From Octopus bimaculoides (Eukaryota), in assembly GCF_001194135.2 (NCBI RefSeq), contig NC_068982.1:96000386-96063867 (forward strand): a stretch of 63,482 bases of DNA. Reading direction: 5' to 3'. The translations under genes were made by a program, and so were the position numbers. The notes under the pieces are model-generated. The model ran no database searches and was not told where the DNA came from. It worked only from the letters and a program-made list of their open reading frames with translations. The stretch's first letter is position 1; each line of letters starts with the position of its first letter. Below are positions 60,901 through 63,482 of this stretch, in pieces.

Positions 60901-63042
60901 TTGACAACCGATGGTGGTGTGTTTACGTCCCCGTAACTTAGCGGTTCGGCAAAAGAGACCGATAGAATAAGTACTAGGCTTCCAAAGAATAAGTCCTGGG
61001 GTCGATTTGCTCGACTAAAAAGGCGGTGCTCGAGCATGGCCGCAGTCAAATGACTGAAACAAGAAAAAGAGTAAAGAGTAAGTCCTTCTTTCTCTAGATT
61101 GCAACCCTTTGAAATTCCCTCCCTACTCATGAATTTCCTGCAAACATTGGCCTACTAATATCAACCTCACCATTCTGGAAGAACCTGCAAGAGTCATAGG
61201 TAGTATCTTTCTTCCTCTAATTAGCTTTTCCCAGTGTCAATAACCAACAAAATACTCAGCAACTTCACCCAAGCTTCAGCTCAGCAGATGTGCAATGGTT
61301 CAAAAGTGGACTCCATTTGTACAGAGTAATCTTAAATACAAGTCAACAAACCATCAGGTAGCTTTCAAAGAGGAAATTAATACTGAAGCTCATTTGTGTC
61401 AAGATGCAGTGTACCTGTTTAAATCAGAAGTAATGGCTTTAGAAGTGTGTCATAGCAACCTGAAGTGCTCTTGATGCATTTAAGTGTTTTATGTAACTGG
61501 ACTCTGAGTTAACACAGACAGTAAGCATGTATGGCGTATCTGGAAAACTACATAAAACAATGCCTTTTCTAATAAGAAAACTTTAACAATTAATCATGTC
61601 ACCAATCAAAAATATTCAAATTTATCATTGGACCAAAATACTTCATTAAAAGAAGTTTAGTGGAAGTAAATAAACTTTGTGATAAGTTCAAATGTTTGGG
61701 ACATGTTTGACTTGTAAAAAGGCCCTTTTCATTGTAGTTTGCCATGGAGAAAAATTCTTGCTTTAAGCAAAAGGGGTAAGATACCAAAGTTTCAGAGTGC
61801 CCCTATGGATGAATATATGCATTTCAATTTCTTTATGCTCTCATAAGTATTAGATATCAAGTGAGACAATTACAAAATGATTGGAACTTTTCACTTCCTT
61901 ATAAGAAATGAAAAGCAAGAATTTTTCTCCATGGTAAACTGCAGGAGAAATGGCTTTTTTTACAGATCAAATATGTTCCAAACATATTTGAACTGATGGA
62001 AAACATTGTTTATTTCACAAAACTGCATCATGTATTTAGTTGAAGTATTTGGGGTTTTTGGTTTTGTTTTCTTCTTTTTTTTTTATAAACAGTGGAATAT
62101 GGAAATGTCAAATGATTTTTTACAAATATCAAAACAAAAGAAAGACATAAATAAATTAATAACATAGAGCTTGTGAAAAATACTATTACTGTTCTAAAAT
62201 GAAAACTTTTCCTTCTTTCAGTGACATAAAATGTTTTTTTTTTTATTTAGTTGCTAGACTAAAAAGGTGACAACAACAGTAGTGTATGTAGTTGACAAAC
62301 TCTTTCAACCCACATGATGATTGCAGCTATTTCACTTATTCTTGTATTGAATGTTATAATTTCCCATTTCTTTATCCCTTGATGCCAACAGTATTGATCA
62401 CACATTGATCAATTTAGATAGCAAAAAAGTCAAAGGCCTAACTTGAGAAGAGCAAGCAGTGTTCATACCTTTCAAGACCCATCTAGACTAGACAGCAACA
62501 ATAACAAAACTGAATTACTATAACTTAGCTCCAAGTTTTTAATGTGACTTTACTGAATTATTCATTCCAAATTATTCTTTGGATTCCAGATCTAATTTAT
62601 TCAATTTTATCAAATTATAAGAAATTTTAAACATTGGAAAATAAACTTTAAAACAAGACGTTTTCAATATCTGTTAAGTGCCAAGAATAATACCATAGAT
62701 TCAGTTTTAATTCCTAAGTCATTAGGGTTCACAAGAAAAGTACAAGCATTAGACAAGATAGTTTTTCATAAGTAAGCACTAAGTAAATGTGAATTTCATA
62801 AAGCAGATTTTAAATGCTTACCTAAAGAGAGGAACAACTTCATGAATTTGCCGCAACTTTGCAACGTCTTCATCTCGTACAGGGGCACAGATTTTTTCCA
62901 TCATAGTAATAATGTAATCCTCATAATAATGCAAATCAAATGCGCCCCTTTCTATTTTCTGTTTAATTAATTCCATATCTAAAACTTCACAGAACTGCTG
63001 TTGTAATTTCTGTTGCCATGGTAGCATAAGCTCCAAAATCAT
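46425..63042 (-). CDS. TCP11L1: T-complex protein 11-like protein, last six coding exons (5' exons outside the window)
   Basis: Spliced product EVLDMELIKQKIERGAFD...ICAPVRDEDVAKLRQI...LELMKLDLANF...YPETMFLDERR...VPAGVSAVETEL aligns from memory with the TCP11 family. GT-AG introns, phases close. Which vertebrate paralog is closest is not resolved. Confidence 0.88.
46820..47105 (+). mobile_element. Old SINE: tRNA head, GTGTCCTTGAGCAAGACACTT core, family-C-type tail
   Basis: Tail TGTAATTCAAAAGGCCAG...GAGAACTATGTTAAGGGTA...CTCAGCCACTT...TCAACTGGAACTCTC matches 33360-33510. Confidence 0.65.
47454..47825 (+). mobile_element. SINE family A, full length, young
   Basis: GAGTGGCTGTGTGGTAAG...GACTGAAACAAGTAAAAGAG, CpGs largely intact. 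Confidence 0.9.
47921..48281 (-). mobile_element. SINE family A, full length, inverted relative to the previous copy
   Basis: CTTTTACTTGTTTCAGTC...GGGACTGAACC...CCATACAGCCATGC. Confidence 0.85.
48487..48670 (+). mobile_element. RTE 3'-tail element
   Basis: AAAAAGCACCC...TAGGAAGGGCATC...GGACATCAAATGATGATGATG. Confidence 0.8.
48918..49380 (-). mobile_element. RTE 3' UTR fragment
   Basis: (CAT)n GTTTAACATCTGC... through TCAAGCACAGCATATCTCCAAAGGTCTC; collinear with 39908-40500. Confidence 0.85.
49641..49848 (+). mobile_element. piggyBac-like MITE, second family
   Basis: TTAA|CCCTTTCATTAC left end; right end decayed. Confidence 0.45.
50825..50991 (-). CDS. TCP11L1: TCP11-like coding exon
   Basis: TTCTAG | NPSDIAIRCAEQVNSVVNDWL...QHAVHKVM | GTATGT. 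Confidence 0.85.
51293..52581 (-). mobile_element. Full-length (1289 bp) inactivated mariner transposon
   Basis: Identical 20-bp TIR core GGGTCATCTCATAAATAATG at 51295-51314 and 52560-52579 (inverted); TA at the right end. Transposase pieces QQWFQKFQAGNYNLEDEPHPG, HEDYARPH, PSDYHLFRSLQNHL with frameshifts. Confidence 0.92.
52677..52867 (-). CDS. TCP11L1: TCP11-like coding exon
   Basis: TTCAG | TMFLDERRYRSLQKEFHLLALISAMLLVTYN...SEHE | GTAGGT. Confidence 0.88.
54253..54642 (-). mobile_element. tRNA-derived SINE, family C
   Basis: Reverse complement of the 33170-33549 family; head GTGGAGGCGCAATGGCCCAGTGGTTAGGGC...TTTCGATTCC. Confidence 0.88.
55171..55400 (-). CDS. TCP11L1: TCP11-like coding exon
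   Basis: TACTAG | ENGHDLLKRTKMWL...ILNMAYLELVNWEDLQLYPE | GTAAAT. Confidence 0.88.
55738..55874 (-). CDS. TCP11L1: TCP11-like coding exon
   Basis: ATCAG | AIVNTLELMKLDLANFTIKQARPYMQHHYISLEQRKFKKLIEHSN | GTAAGA. Confidence 0.9.
56005..56400 (+). mobile_element. Old RTE LINE 3' fragment
   Basis: ATGCTGCATGGTAGTAAGACATGGG...TGGATGTGTAATGTTAGTG...CTGAGAGAAAAATTGGG is homologous to 10450-10720. Confidence 0.75.
57810..57912. repeat. (CA)n microsatellite containing a 10-N gap
   Basis: Read directly from the sequence. Confidence 0.95.
59027..59100. repeat. (CAT)n/(CAC)n microsatellite
   Basis: Read directly from the sequence. Confidence 0.9.
59433..59590 (+). mobile_element. SINE family A, 5' half (split)
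   Basis: GAGTGGCTGTGTGGTAAG...GAAGCCCGTCGTA; the matching 3' half resumes at 60829. Confidence 0.85.
59591..60828 (+). mobile_element. Non-autonomous Helitron inserted in a SINE (spans the assembly gap)
   Basis: 5' A|TCTATC...; 3' hairpin CCGTCC-GGA-GGACGG (60802-60816) 12 nt before CTAG|T. Continuity across the 528-N gap is inferred. Confidence 0.7.
60255..60782. other. Assembly gap (528 N)
   Basis: Run of N. Confidence 1.
60829..61082 (+). mobile_element. SINE family A, 3' half (split)
   Basis: TATATGTATATG...GTTTGTCCCCCC...GACTGAAACAAGAAAAAGAG. Confidence 0.85.
62822..63042 (-). CDS. TCP11L1: TCP11-like internal coding exon
   Basis: GTCCAG | MILELMLPWQQKLQQQFCEVLDMELIKQ...CAPVRDEDVAKLRQIHEVVPLF | GTAAGC. 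Confidence 0.92.
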
Positions 63043-63072
63043 CTGGACAAATAAATAAAAAAATATATATAT

Positions 63073-63395
63073 ATTATCATCATCATTGTTTAATGTCTGC
63101 ATTCCATGTTGGCATGGGTTGGACAATTTGACAGGAACTGGCCAGGCAGTGGACTGCACTAGACTTCTGTATCTGTTTTGACATGGTTTTTATGGCCCTC
63201 CCTAACACCAACCATCCCACAGAGTGAACTGAGTGCTTTTTACATGGCGCCAGCACAAGTGAAGTCAGTTTTGGCATGGTTTCTACAGCTGGATGCCCTT
63301 CCAAACACCAACCACTTTACAGTGTGGACTGGATGCTTTTTACATGGCACCTGCACTGGCAGAGTCACCAAGTAACCTGCAAGACAAAGATCCTT
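63073..63395 (-). mobile_element. RTE 3'-tail element (same subtype as 16125-16350)
   Basis: (CAT)n...GGATGCCCTTCC...GTCACCAAGTAACCTGCAAGA. Confidence 0.8.
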
Positions 63396-63400
63396 CAAGA

Positions 63401-63402
<2 letters not shown>

Positions 63403-63474
<72 letters not shown>

Positions 63475-63482
63475 CACACACA
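63403..63482. repeat. (CT)n(AT)n microsatellite
   Basis: Read directly from the sequence. Confidence 0.95.

Noticed and set aside
60235-60904. 220-aa ORFs on both strands
   Set aside because: Artefacts of the N run.
63040-63042. ATG as the TCP11-like start codon
   Set aside because: It directly follows a polypyrimidine-CAG acceptor and aligns to the interior of the family; the N-terminus lies outside the window.

Overview
AT-rich, repeat-dense animal genomic DNA. It is most likely octopus (coleoid cephalopod), inferred from the tandem C2H2 zinc-finger gene type and from the tRNA-derived SINE and RTE-tail repeat families; no database search was run. Three protein-coding loci are supported. 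(1) An intronless 15-finger C2H2 zinc-finger ORF at 5609-6973 (+). (2) A complete 20-exon CDC5L gene at 14795-44059 (+), 808 aa; every intron is GT-AG and every phase closes by hand. (3) The last six coding exons of a TCP11-like gene at 63042-46425 (-), convergent with CDC5L; its 5' exons lie beyond the window. Between the ZNF gene and CDC5L lies a decayed paralog of the ZNF gene. Its 3' half is inverted between perfect 21-bp inverted repeats and interrupted by a solo-LTR-like element. A related LTR-like copy sits at the window start, and both end in a hairpin with a compensatory base change. Other structures are a 289-bp near-perfect palindrome, an exact 66-bp tandem array inside an RTE 3' UTR, a Helitron that splits a SINE, two mariner relics, piggyBac-like MITEs, a HINE-like element and many SINE/RTE copies, some in closely spaced inverted pairs. 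I see no clearly new biological system. The best candidate is the inverted ZNF pseudogene as a hairpin/antisense RNA source next to the CDC5L promoter, which is inference only. Exon coordinates were counted by hand; repeat boundaries are approximate (about +/-20 bp) unless termini are quoted.
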